A stretch of DNA of 64,000 bases from Octopus sinensis (lineage: Eukaryota). The stretch's first letter is position 1, and every line of letters begins with the position of its first letter. Positions 11,091-25,908 of this stretch are shown here, piece after piece. The stretch is from assembly GCF_006345805.1 (NCBI RefSeq), contig NW_021832983.1, positions 8,989 to 72,988 on the forward strand, given 5' to 3'. The position numbers and the translations under genes were made by a program. Below the pieces are notes generated by a model that made no database searches, was not told where the DNA came from, and saw only the letters and a program-made list of their open reading frames with translations.

Positions 11091-11592
11091 TAATACTCTA
11101 TATATCTATACATATATATCGACATACTGATATGGACCTTATTAATCTTCATACTCGAATATGTACCAGCAATCTACAGACGATATGATATGCTATTTTC
11201 GCATGACATAATCGACATCAGTTCTGCCTTACGTAATTCATCGACAATGTCTGTCCCGTCAAAGGATCGAACTCACTATAGTTTATGTTACGAACAGGAT
11301 GCTTTCAGCTTCTTCGTTACGACGTGGGAAACTACAGACTGTGTAAAGAACTCAATACAATGATTGCAGAGTATATTGATATTTATTTAAGGAATACCGA
11401 CAGAATCGCAATTATGTTCGGTATTTCAAGTAGTACTGCTCAAATCATTGTTTGAAACACACCTAGATTTCCTTATTTGTTTACAAGCGAACTTAAGACT
11501 GTTTGTCTAATTTTGTGACAAGTCCAAGCATGGGAAATAATTGGAATTCTGTCAGTATTCCTTAATTAAATATATGTATATAATACAATATG

Positions 11593-11687
<95 letters not shown>

Positions 11688-11914
11688 TATATACATACAT
11701 AACATGTGAACATATATTTGTCTGTGTTTGTATTTATGTGTATATGTGTGCATATATTAAACGAGCATGCACGTACACGCACAAATGCTCATACATTCAT
11801 GCGTACACATTTGCATGTATATATATTTACTTGCGCATATTACATACACATGCCTGCATACATACATACATACATACATACATACATACATACATACATA
11901 CATACATTAAATAC

Positions 11915-12147
11915 CACGACAACGGTTCTTCCTGTGCTAACTGGTGCACTTGGCATAATATCTAAAATGCTACACAAAAGACTAAACGTGATTGGAGATG
12001 TGAATCGTACTGAAGATCTTGCAGAAAAATAACAATCCTATATTCTGCAAGAATCTCAAAGGAGGAGATTCTTGTGATTTTGAGGAGACTTGTTGTCACC
12101 AAACATCAAGATAAAATGCGTGCTATCTAAATTAGCATGCACAAGCG
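11915..12147 (+). mobile_element. 3' end of an RLE-type (R4/Dong-like) non-LTR retrotransposon
   Basis: TVLPVLTGALGIISKMLHKRLNVIG...LQKITILYSARI resembles the C-terminus of R4-clade restriction-like endonucleases. It is followed by a long (TAA)n tract. Confidence 0.65.
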
Positions 12148-12178
12148 CAATGACATAATAATAATAATAATAATAATA

Positions 12179-12215
<37 letters not shown>

Positions 12216-12252
12216 TATAATAATAATGATGATGATGATAATAATAATAATA

Positions 12253-12312
<60 letters not shown>

Positions 12313-12320
12313 TGATGATG
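12148..12320. repeat. (TAA)n microsatellite grading into (GAT)n
   Basis: Read directly. Confidence 0.95.
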
Positions 12321-12549
12321 ATGATGATGAGGATGATGACGCCACGACGACGACAATGATGCTGCTGCTGCTGCTGGTGATGATGATGATGATTTCAGTT
12401 ATTTGTCATAAGGGCGAGGGATGAGGGGGACAATACAAAGACAGCCATAATATGGGGTTTTACATATAATGAAATGATAAAAATGTAAGTAAAAGAAGGG
12501 TTATAGACATAGTATTAATTTTTTTTAATGCATGTGGGGTGTAGAAGTT

Positions 12550-12711
12550 TAACCCTGATACAGGAGGACCTCGAGGGATAATCGAAGAACCCCACTGTCC
12601 GAGATTTCCCAGAACACCAAGAACATGTCCCCTCTCCAATTCCTTGTTTCCGATTTGCAGGTCCCCACCAAGAGGGGTAACATCTGCTCTTGCCGTTTTC
12701 GCAGTTTTCAC
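12550..12711 (-). other. Possible host exon of unknown product
   Basis: Non-repetitive, relatively GC-rich island with a good minus-strand acceptor (ttcatttcttaacatccttcAG|G at 12712-12713) and two open minus frames. I found no convincing donor and no recognisable homology. Confidence 0.2.
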
Positions 12712-13559
12712 CTGAAGGATGTTAAGAAATGAATACATTTGTGGCATGATTTGAACCCAAATCCTGGGCTTCGAAAAAACTTGCTCTAGTATCTCTCAGT
12801 GTATATTAAAAATGATTTATTAGACATATTTCAATTAGTAGGCAACAGTGTTGTTGGTAACAAAGTTATTTCGAGCCAGTCCTTGGTTTACTGTATTTTT
12901 TGGTGCTGAAAGAAACAAAGGAGTGTCTGTAACTCGATGCAGAACAAATACCTCAAGGGACTTAGTTCGTAAAGTACCGATTACAATTTTTTTTTTCTTT
13001 CTTTTCTTTTTTATTTTTAACGTTCTCTCGTCGAATGTTTGTCATCTACACTTCGTAAAGTGTTTCTCACCTTGAAGCTATGCTTCGGAAGACACTTACC
13101 AAAGAATGTCCCGCTGTGAAATCGAAACTGGAACAGCGAGTTCGTTAACCTCACAAGCACAAACTATTTTATAACGTTTTTTTTAATTGACTTCCTTTTG
13201 TTTGCATTATTTTTTTTTTTTTTTACTTTTTTTCAATCTAAAAATACGAAATAACAAAGAATTATGTTTAGTGAGGCATTTTGGCAAAAGAATCACCAAA
13301 TCTCCAGACACTGCAAGCACCAATGTATTGAAATGATAATACTACAACGTATAAACAAAATAAATGAAATCTTTGGGCTTGATTTAACTTATTTTTTGTT
13401 TATCTTCTGTTTTACTTATTATTTTCCGCTTTGTTTTGTCTTGGGAAATCCTCTCCTTTTATATATTTTCATATCAGCTCATGAATTTTTCGCTTTCTTT
13501 AATCTCTCTGATTGACACCGCGGTCTCTTCACACACCACGCGTCTTCTTTCCTCGTACA

Positions 13560-14107
13560 TATACACATACGCGCGCACACTCAGAGACACACACACATAC
13601 CCACAAACCACACACATACTACACACAAACACACACACACACACACACACACACAAATACAAATGCACACAGACACTCCTCCCACACAAACACACACTTC
13701 CCGCACACACACACAAACAAAAACACATACACAATCACACACAAATACATACACACATAATCTCATACACACAAAGACGTCACACCACGTAGATATTCAC
13801 GCACATACAAATATATATATATATATACGCACACACTCCATACTCACATACACGCACCATACACATGTACACATACATACACATATAGAGAGGCATACAT
13901 ATACTCACGTACAAACATACACACACTCATATACATTCACACACGTTCCCACATACACACACTTTCACTCATCATGAGAAACACACTCACCCACACATAC
14001 ACACACGCATAGACGCACATATGCACTGACACACACATACATACATACATACATGCACACATACATACACATACACACATACATTCGTATATGTACGCAT
14101 ACATACA

Positions 14108-14139
<32 letters not shown>

Positions 14140-14350
14140 CATACATACATACATACATACACACATACATACATGCACACATACAGACATACACACATAC
14201 ACATATATATAAGTACATACAGGCATACACACATACATACATATAGATACACATTCCAACTTACACATATACACATACAATCACACATACACACTCATGC
14301 ATGCATTTACATACGCACTAATACATACACACGCACTCACACACACACAC
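13560..14350. repeat. (CA)n/(CATA)n low-complexity tract
   Basis: Read directly. Confidence 0.95.
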
Positions 14351-14399
14351 AAACACACAATGACAGTAATGTTTTGGCTCCACCACCTCTGACTTCCGC

Positions 14400-14635
14400 T
14401 GATTATAACCTCGAACCAACGAGGGAGTCCTGATATAGTCTTTCAACTGGCTACAAAGAGAAATCATTATCTCCCTCAAATAACCATCTCCGTCCTCTTA
14501 GAAAATCTCACATCAGTTAATAGGGTTGTGGGTTCCCAGCATATCGGTAAAAGTCGTGTTGGTCATAGAGCTGGAAAGCCTATGATCGAAATTTACCTAT
14601 TTAGAGTAGGCCTGATACTAAGCAACAAGAACAAC
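14400..14635 (+). mobile_element. Degenerate SINE-like repeat, family D
   Basis: Shares tctccctcaaa... and the ...(g)cctga..ctaa(g)caacaa tail with 61095-61320, and has related pieces at 53800-53920 and 54910-55060. Confidence 0.5.
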
Positions 14636-14759
14636 ATCTGTAACATCTGTACATTCTATTAAAAAAGCAATGACTCCCACAAAACTGAAACTTCCCACGA
14701 TCCAATCTCGAAAAGACTCTAAGAAAGGCCAGCGCGTCTGGGGGTGGTATGTGTTTTGT

Positions 14760-15066
14760 CGTTCCCGAGAAGACGAACAGCAAAGTCGCCAGCGGCAGAA
14801 TTTGAACTCAGAACGTAAAGACAACGAGCGAAATGCCATTAAACATTTTGCCCAGTGTGCTAACAATTCTTTTCTACTCTTAGCACAAGGCACGAAATTT
14901 TGAGGGGAGTGGCTCAGTCAATTAGATCGACCCCAGTACGCAACTGGTACTTTAATTATCAACCCCGAAAAGATGAAAGGCAAAGTCGACGTCGGTGGAA
15001 TTTGAACTCAGAACCTAAAGACAGACGAAAAATTTCGCCCGGCGTGCCAGCGTTTCTGCCAGCTCG
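14760..15066 (-). mobile_element. SINE-A (A2 tail: ...aaaatttcgggccttgtgcctagagtagaaaag) plus an adjacent partial head
   Basis: Homology to other A copies. Confidence 0.8.
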
Positions 15067-15101
15067 ACATCTTTGTAGTAGGAGCAATGTTACTGGATGA
15101 A

Positions 15102-15415
15102 AAGGCGGAGAGCTGGCAGAAACGTTAGCACGCCGTCGAAATACTTAGCGGCTTTTCTTCTGCCGTTACATTCTGAGTTCAAATTCCACCGAGGTCGACT
15201 TTGCCTGTCATCCTTTCGGGGTCGATAAATAAAATACCAGTTACGCACTGGGGTTGATATAATCGACTTAATCTGTTTGTCTGTCCTTGTTTGTCCCCTC
15301 TGTGTTTAGCCCCTTGTGGGTAGTAAAGAAATAGGTATTTCGTCTGCCGCTACGTTCTGAGTTCAAATTCCGCCGAGGTCGACTTTGCCTTTCATCTTTC
15401 GGGATCGATTAAATA
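15102..15415 (+). mobile_element. SINE-A1 with a partial second unit
   Basis: Full head and body, then a restart at ggtatttcgtctgccgctacg (about 15334). Confidence 0.9.
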
Positions 15416-15495
15416 TTATTGGAAGAGGTTGTGGTGTCAATAGTAATACTAATAATAATAGCGGTGTGACGGCGGCGGCAGCGGTGGTAGTAGTG

Positions 15496-15553
<58 letters not shown>

Positions 15554-16854
15554 TTACTATCACCATCACCACCACCACTACAAGTAGTTGCAGCAACGGC
15601 AGTGGTGGTAGTTAGTAGTAGTAGTAGCAGTCATAAACGTGGTGGTCGTAGTTGCTGTTGTTTAGGCTCAGAAATGCAGCAGATCTACAAAAGCCGTAGA
15701 AACCACGACCATCACCCCACCTTGTCTTTCAGTTCATAATAATTTATCACGGATACCGGCCATGGCTTTAAAATGCATCCAATCGTGGGGCTCTGGCCCC
15801 GGACTTCATGTGTTTCGAGGAGTGTGTCTATTCTGACCCATAGTAGTAGCATTTCTCAGGGTCCCACCTAAGTGTAAATTTATATTTTAGGACATGCCTG
15901 CGTATGCATGCGGAGACTGGATCCAGCGTACTCTGCAGAAGAGACCGTCACGGTTCAACAAATAAGATGACAACTGCTGCAAAGCATTGTGATGAGCAGT
16001 GAGCAATATGAGGCAAGGAAGACATCGTGGTCATCCACTGCATCTATCTCCATCCCCAATCGTCTTGACCTGGTCTTACCACGGTTTTGCCACTCGTCCG
16101 TGAATACGATGGACGAATAGATGAGGTTCATGGTGCGCAACTCTTCTTCACTTTAAACAAACTGACTGTACAAGTCATTGGTCATCCTTGATGATGATTA
16201 GATGGCTAGTGAGTTTATCAAGGATAGCATAGTATGATAACTATGTTACTTAGCTTTCTGAAAGGCTACAGTTTGATTTGAGGGTGATGTAGCTATCCTT
16301 TCTAATAGGTCCTTTGTGTAAGGCAGTCATCGGTAAAATGTGGCCTTGGAGACTTCGTGAATGACACACCTAGCAAAAATTACCTTGAGTGCAGTCCACC
16401 TGACGATGTGCCATGTCTCTCTCTCGGCCCGCTTCTCGAACAAGGTTCCCCATGCCATTAGAATTTCTCTGGTAGCAGTCATCGTACTATGGAATGGTAA
16501 GATTGTATGGTAATGGGATGGTGTGTTGGTTGTGCAGAGTGGGCTAATGGCAGCAGTATGGGAACGTTTGATGGTGGAATAATGGAATAATGAAATGATA
16601 GAATGTTCGGTTAACGTCACAGTGGTGGTGATGGTGGTGGTGGGGATGTGATGATGGTGGTGGAGCGGTAATGATGATGGTGATGATGATGGTGATGATG
16701 ATTGCGCTAATGATAGTGGCGATGTGATGCGCATGTGGCAATGTGATAATTTGCTGGTGTGTTGGTGTGGCAGTAATAAAGTATGATAGCACAATGCTAC
16801 GATGATATCATATCAACACATAATTAAAAAAAAAAAAATAATAATAATAATAAT

Positions 16855-17418
16855 AGTAAATGCCCTGATGCAGTACCAGGCAGTGGCTCATATGGCTGCT
16901 GATCTTAACTGATTGGAAGTGTTATCATGTACATTGTTTTCTCTTGGTATAAAAGATGGGCTACAGCAAATATTCTGCTCAATACCACAGATTTGCTTGT
17001 CAGTTGTTTGACCTTAACCAGTTGAGCATGTCCCTTAGTGGCTGACGATATGTGCATCTCTGATCATGAGCAGAAGTTGTGGGGGAGCATCCTAGCCATG
17101 TGTTGAGAGGAATTTTTTTGGGGGGGGTGAATAATTCACCTTTGGAAACATGGGTGGTTCGTTCAACATCCTTAAATAACCCTTATTCAGGGACCTTTTG
17201 AATGGCATGGGCTACTCGACCAGAATAAAATTCCTGCTGGACCCCACCTGCAAGGTCATGCGCTGTTTATCTTGATATGAGATGACTATGTTGCGCACAT
17301 ATGGTTGTGATGCATGTGCCTAGTGTACCCTTATCAGACGGGTAGTCATGATGGGTATACTGGGTTTCGTATATTTTACCCCAGTGTCACTTTGATGGCA
17401 TGCACTGCTCTCTCACTC

Positions 17419-17420
<2 letters not shown>
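16855..17420. mobile_element. Probable non-coding interspersed repeat bounded by (AAT)n on both sides
   Basis: Sharp compositional block between two AAT tracts. Only one copy is in the window, so the repeat status is inferred. Confidence 0.45.
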
Positions 17421-17481
<61 letters not shown>

Positions 17482-18233
17482 TTTAAATGATTGACTTAAT
17501 TCTTCACGAAGGTAAATAGATAACGTGAAGAGCGTGATGAGATTGCAATAGATATTTTATCGGTTGAGCGATATTTCGACAGCTAGCCTGTCTGTGTTGT
17601 GTTCAAAATGAAAAGTGGTTCATAAGAAATTCAAAATATTAAAAAACAGCAGAAAGACCGCCCTCCGGGATTTTTTCTGCTAGCCACTTGATAATATTTT
17701 CAGATTTGATTCCCAATTCTAATTACTTTTATGATATGCTATGTCTAATTATTTCTTTGTACAATAGTGTACACTTGTTTAGTAAATATTATTTTCCTTA
17801 TTTTATCACGGTCATAATCTCTCTTTTTTTAAACAAACATCAATTTAAACCAACTACGTTTAGTTTTTAAAATATAGCAGCGATTACATAAATATATATT
17901 TAATACCTCTAACGTTTCAAATAGCCATAGCAACAAATTTCCTAGATAATTCTTAGATAACAACGAAAAGAAATAAGTCACATGAGTTGGAAGCTTCAGT
18001 AGGTTGCCTAATATAAACAGTAAACTGAAGGCGTTTACACAGTAAATCTAAGTCAACAAAATATCTAATTTCCTCATCTGAAATGACGAAATAAAACTTG
18101 AAATGAAAAAATTGTAAGGAATATATATAATAAGTAAATTATTATTGATGAAAACAATTAGAGTGAGTGAGAGACTGTGTTGCAAATGAAAACGAAAAAT
18201 TTCGCCGGAACATATTATTGTTTATCAAATGTT

Positions 18234-18402
18234 AGGAGTAGCTGTGTGGTAAGTAGCTTGCTGACCAACCACTTGGTCCCGGGTTCAGTCCCACTGTGTG
18301 ACACTTTGGGCAAGTGTCTTTTACTATAGCCTCGGGCCGACCAAAGCCTTGTGAGTAGATTTGGTAGACGGAAACTGGAAGAAGCCCGTCGTTTCTGTAT
18401 AC

Positions 18403-18441
<39 letters not shown>

Positions 18442-18692
18442 TGCATGTGTATTTGTGTGTGTATGTGTGTGAGTGTTTGTGTGCTTGTTTTTCTCCCCAG
18501 TATCGCTTGACAATCGATGCCGATGTGTTTACGTCTCCATAACTTAGCGGTTCGGCAAAAGAGGCTGATGGAATAAGTACTAGGCTGACAAAGAATAAGC
18601 TCTGGGGTCGATTTGCTCGACTATAAAGGCGGTGCTCCAGCATAGCCGCAGTCACATGACTGAAACAAGTAAAAGAGTAAAGAGTAAAAGAG
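18234..18692 (+). mobile_element. SINE family B: tRNA-like head, internal (TG)n microsatellite, CR1-like 3' tail
   Basis: Homologous to 26605-27053, 27185-27830, 30525-30948, 39895-40338 and 52333-52510. Confidence 0.9.
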
Positions 18693-19079
18693 TATCTACT
18701 CTGCAGTGAACGTAAAGCTTAGCAACGAATATTTAAATTTGTGATATTAAATAATAACAAACGTTTTGAAACTGCCTTTTTATCGATATATATTAAGAGG
18801 AATTTATAAAAATTTTCCAGAAAGTCAAACCTATAAAAGCTCGTAAAAAACTTTCTTGTACCGAATATTTAAATTTGTGAACTTGAAATATTCAATAATA
18901 AAAGGAAGTTTAAAAAGTAAAATTACCGGAAAACTTCCATTTATAAAAAAATTTCACTTGCTTAGTAAATATTTCTTTCAATATTTTATTGTGTGGTTGT
19001 AATATATCTCTAATTTAAACAAACTTCAAGGTAACGCAACTACGTTTGGCGTGCAAGAAATAGCAGTGATTACATATTG

Positions 19080-19430
19080 CAAGAAATAGCAGTGACTTCA
19101 AATTTGCCATCAAGATGTAGGACAAGATACTGTGATAGCCTGGCCTTCCGAGGCCCACAGCTCTTCAATATCCTCCCGAAGAACCTAAGAGACCTGCATG
19201 GGGTGGATGCAGATGTCTTTAAAATGAAACTGGATCGCTTCTTGTCAGGTGTCGCAGATAAACCAACTTCACGGCAGGAGGTGCAGAGGAGGGCAGCTGC
19301 ATCGAACTCTCTCATGCACCAGATAGCATTTGCTAAAAAGCATTCGTGAAGTAAAATCATGTAGCAACACCAAATGGCGGTGCCCCAGCATGGCCACAGC
19401 TTGTGAGCTGAAACTAAATAAAATAAAAAA
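19080..19430 (+). mobile_element. CR1-clade LINE 3' fragment
   Basis: DSLAFRGPQLFNILPKNLRDL...FKMKLDRFLSGVADKP...ASNSLMHQ, then the 3' UTR ggcggtgccccagcatggcc and an A-rich tail. Confidence 0.88.
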
Positions 19431-19809
19431 TATAAAAAAATAATAATAAAAAATAAATAAAAAAAGTTATTATTGTATGGCTAATAGCGTTCCAAACAGC
19501 TATACCAACAAAATCCTTTCTTTATTAAAAGAAATATATACCGGTATATAAAATAAATTTTCATTTTTCAAAAATATTCATTTAACAAACTCCGGAAACT
19601 GATATTATTCTTGAAATTGTGCCTCGTATCATAAGCCTCAGAGTTATACAGCTAAATATGTGGTCTAACAACATTCATTCAATAAATGTTTTTTCACATT
19701 CCGTATATAGAATAAACTGGGTTTTGCAAATAGTGATTTAAAACTTGAAATGAAACATTGAAATTAATATATATTAAATTATCATTAATGGAAATAGAGG
19801 TGAGAGAGT

Positions 19810-21400
19810 GTTGCGTCATGAAGACATTAGCGAAATTATGTGTCATAGAGGTACCCTTCGCTTTCTGGTAAAATGTTTGTCCAAATTTCATTGTGTTACT
19901 TTGTAACACAAACCTCAATAGCCCACAGAGAAAATTAGAGGGAATATTTTTGTTTGACCATTTTTCGAAAGCCTTTATTACCAAAAAAAACAAACAGTTT
20001 TCGACATGGCCTCGGTGCTTAAAAAAGTTGTTGATTTTAGACACAAAATCAAAAGTATCCCGAATATAGGAACTTGATTTTTTTTGCGACAGGGAATAGA
20101 AAGCCAGCCAGCCACTCCGAAAATTTGGCTATACAACATTCATATGCGCTGTAAATTGGGTGCATTGGTGGGAATCTTTTGGACATTTTGTGTATTTTGG
20201 GGAGATCACAAAATGCAGGTGTTCTTTCTGACCGTAAAATCCTGGATTCGATCTTATTAATGAAATTATTTTCTTCCATTTCCAGAATTATTTCATCAGG
20301 TTCCTCTCTGTAATTCATGTTTTTATCGATAGGTAATTCTTCGTATGAAGTTTTGTCACTGAAAACTTCTTCACAAGCAGAAATATACTCACTTTTGCCC
20401 ATAACGACAACAGCGTCTCCCTTATCCGCCATTTTAATAACAATAGAATCATTAATAACAAGACGGTGGAGTGCGCAATGTTGGAAAACTGAGGTTATGC
20501 CAGGAATTCTTTCCGCATGCTTTAAGGCTTTCCCTAATGCCTATCTCACTAGATTCAAGAAATTCCAGTGGTGCCGGTGAACGTCCATCTCAAACTTTAC
20601 CTGGATTCCCATTGGGTTTCTTTTAAATCTGCCAGATTCGATTATCATCATTTTTATTTTCAGTAAGCATAGAATTTTCTTTCTCGTCATTATGATTTTT
20701 CCAAAAAAATATTCTTTCGGCGGACAAACTGAGATAGCCTTTGAACTAGTTTATTCTTGTCGAAATTCTTAGTGCTTGGGCAGTAACTCAGTCATTAACT
20801 CAGGCAGAGACATCGTCTGGTGAAAGTTTTCGTATAGACAAATTTATGACCGACCTATTCTCTAGTGTGAAGTATATTCTTGGGCAAGTGTTTTTTAGTG
20901 TTTTACTCTCATTAGATTCCTGACTACCTATTGGGCTTTGCTCGAAATATTCACTTAAAACATGGAACCTACTGGGTTATAAAAATTGTTCTGAATGTTC
21001 ATGTAATTTTTAGTCGTCTTTCTAGGAGTAATCCAGGAGTAATCCATTTCTGGGTGGGTGATGGAAAGTGAGTGACATCTGCGGTTTTTGTAGACATTTG
21101 AAAAACATTTACTTTCGGGAAAGGAACAAATTTATTGTTTTCGGGGCAAAATCTTAAATGTGCTCACATTTTTGACTGATCAAATAAAAACTTCTTCGGA
21201 ACGTTTCGAATGATCAGTTCAAATGCGTACGCCAGGGCAAAAAGGCCACAATCAGATGCTCCATCATGGGGATTAGTAATATGAACTTGCTGAACTGTAG
21301 GGATTATATTTGTTTACGGTGAGTGCAGCGTTGTTGTTTGTGCAGTAAGTTCTTGTGGTACTGTTAAGTTCAGACTGTCATAAACATAAAAATCTTCGAA
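19810..21400 (-). pseudogene. Decayed Neptune-like PLE ORF (N-terminal region plus partial RT) with an upstream peptidase-like domain
   Basis: NRSVINLSIRKLSP, LSYCPSTKNFDKNKLVQ, QFVRR/KEYFF, IVIKMADKGDAVVVM, PAFCDLPKIHK, PPMHPIYS and FYQKAKGTSMTHNFANVFM. It has several stops and frameshifts. Confidence 0.88.
21113..21400 (-). pseudogene. Ulp1/SENP (peptidase C48)-like catalytic domain remnant
   Basis: Single frame of 96 codons with 2 stops: FEDFYVYDSLNLTVPQELTAQTTTLHSP*TNIIPTVQQVHITNPHDGASDCGLFALAYAFELIIRNVPKKFLFDQSKM*AHLRFCPENNKFVPFPK. The DCG motif is at 21245-21253. Confidence 0.75.
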
Positions 21401-21434
21401 AAAATTGGTCGACGAAACAAAATAATAATAATAA

Positions 21435-21625
21435 TAGTTTCAAAATTTTGTCACAAGAACAACAATTTGGGGGGAGCGGATGAGGCGATTACATCGACCC
21501 CAGTGTTCGACTGGTACTTATTTTATCAAACTCAAAAGGATGAAAGGCAAAGCTGACTTCGGCGAAATTTGAACTCAGAACATAGCGACGAGTGAAATAC
21601 CGACAAGCGTTTCGTTCAGCCTGCG
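21435..21625 (-). mobile_element. SINE-A2
   Basis: Homology to other copies. Together with (AAT)n it truncates the PLE 5' end. Confidence 0.8.
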
Positions 21626-21634
21626 GAAAAATAA

Positions 21635-24210
<2,576 letters not shown>

Positions 24211-24904
24211 AGAATTCTGCTAGACAATATCGATACACTTCAGACTAACACTCGCCACAATCTACCACTTCGTACCAACGCAAATACCGCATCAGCCAAT
24301 GAAGGAGTCTTTATGTGGACGCTTGACACGCTAGATATAGTAGCCAAAGCTTTCTCAGATCACACCCTGCCGTTTTAGAGTAGGATAATATTTTATTTTT
24401 CTAAGTTAGGGCTCAGGACTCCTTCTAGGAAAGCGAGAGAAAGGAATCCTTAAACCAGAAACTTGACCAAAATGCTTCATTTATAGTGGATTCCTTTGAA
24501 GCATTCAAGATATTGAGTGGTGGTGGTGTTAAAGCAAGCGAGGGAGTCAGCTCCCCCACTCAATCTTGTCGGCCATAATGGAGTTTGAGTTCAGAAGCTA
24601 TGCTGAATAATACGGTCCTGGGATCGTGACACCTAGGGAAAAATTATTGCTTGTCACAGATGGAATGCTTGATGACAGATGATCTTGGGTTAAACCAGAC
24701 CCATCGTAACAGCTTTTTAGGCCCCGGGTAAATCAATGTACAGGGCCTTATAGTATTTTTTCATTGACACCTGTCTATAACAGACATGGTTCAGAATTGG
24801 GCCATTTGACTAGTGAAAGCCCTCAGACTAGTGAGGCCCTTTAGACCAGTGATGGCCTTTGGGTAATTTCCCAGTGTTTCGATATCTTCAGACGGTACGG
24901 GGTT

Positions 24905-25420
24905 AGACAACAAGTATAATAATAATGGAAGTCTGTCGGGGTTCGACAATGACATCAGTGACGCCGGAGGTGGGAGCGGAACCCAAAGGTGGACGCGCAG
25001 ACGCAGTCACATGTTGGGCACGTAACAGCAGAAGTAGGGTTGGGGATCCTGTCTTTTCGGGCTTGTCGCTTCTTGTCCAGGCTCTTAAGGCGCTTTTCCT
25101 CGAACAGCCTAACACCCTTTTGGACAGCTGGATGCCAGGCGCCGCAGTCAGAGGCAAGCGATTCCCAACCAGGTGCTGAAATGCCGCAGGCCTCAAGGGA
25201 AGTTTTCAGTCTGTGTTTGTATCGCCTCTGTGGCCGTCCAGGGTTTCTTGCTCCAAAAGCTATCTCAGAGAAGAAGATCATCTTTGGTAGACGCACGTCG
25301 TCCATTCGGACTACATGTACGACCCACCTCAGCTGGGCCTTCATGATGAGGGCTTCGATCCCGGGCATTTCGGCTCTGCGAAGAACCTCAGCGTTGGAGA
25401 CTCTGTCCTCCCAGGACAAC
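24905..25420 (-). mobile_element. RTE-clade LINE 3' fragment
   Basis: LSWEDRVSNAEVLRRA...AQLRWVVHVVRMDDVRLPK...GRPQRRYK...CPTCDCVCASTFGFRSHLRRH (thumb plus C2H2 finger), with an (ATT)n tail. Confidence 0.92.
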
Positions 25421-25908
25421 AAGTAATAATAGCACAAATCTCATAAACCAGTAAAGTCCTGAAGCGGACATTTAATCAACAAGAAACAACTGTCAGACAT
25501 TCATAAACATAATCATAACGCTTTGAGGTTTGTTTTTCCTTTCAATCTTTATGATTCTGTGTCGGTCTGGAGATCAAACGAATGATGACTGCTGCATTTC
25601 ACATGGAAAATATGGAATTATTGGTGCGCTTCACAAAGGAGTTTTAAAACTAAAACCGTTTTAGAGTTTAAAATTATGAGAAATATAGAAATCTATCGAT
25701 TACCATTTTTTAATTAATCATTTTTGTGTATAACAAAATAATGAATCGCAGTTTTTTTTTCCAAGACACTCAAAAGTTTTGTGCGGCATTTCTAAAGACT
25801 TAAACTCATATATATATATAAATCAGTGGTGTACTTATTTACCCCTTGTGGCGTAAGGGACAGTCACCACTTTAGAGGTTTAAAAATAGATAATATAAAA
25901 GGAAATAT

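Noticed and set aside
21195-21222. CTGATCA-TTC-GAAACGTT minimal hammerhead look-alike (minus)
   Set aside because: G8 is missing, stem I is poor, and the sequence is explained as codons ELIIRNV within the Ulp1-like frame.
24862-24896. CTGAAGA-TATC-GAAAC on the minus strand
   Set aside because: No stem III or UH site and no stem I partner could be formed.
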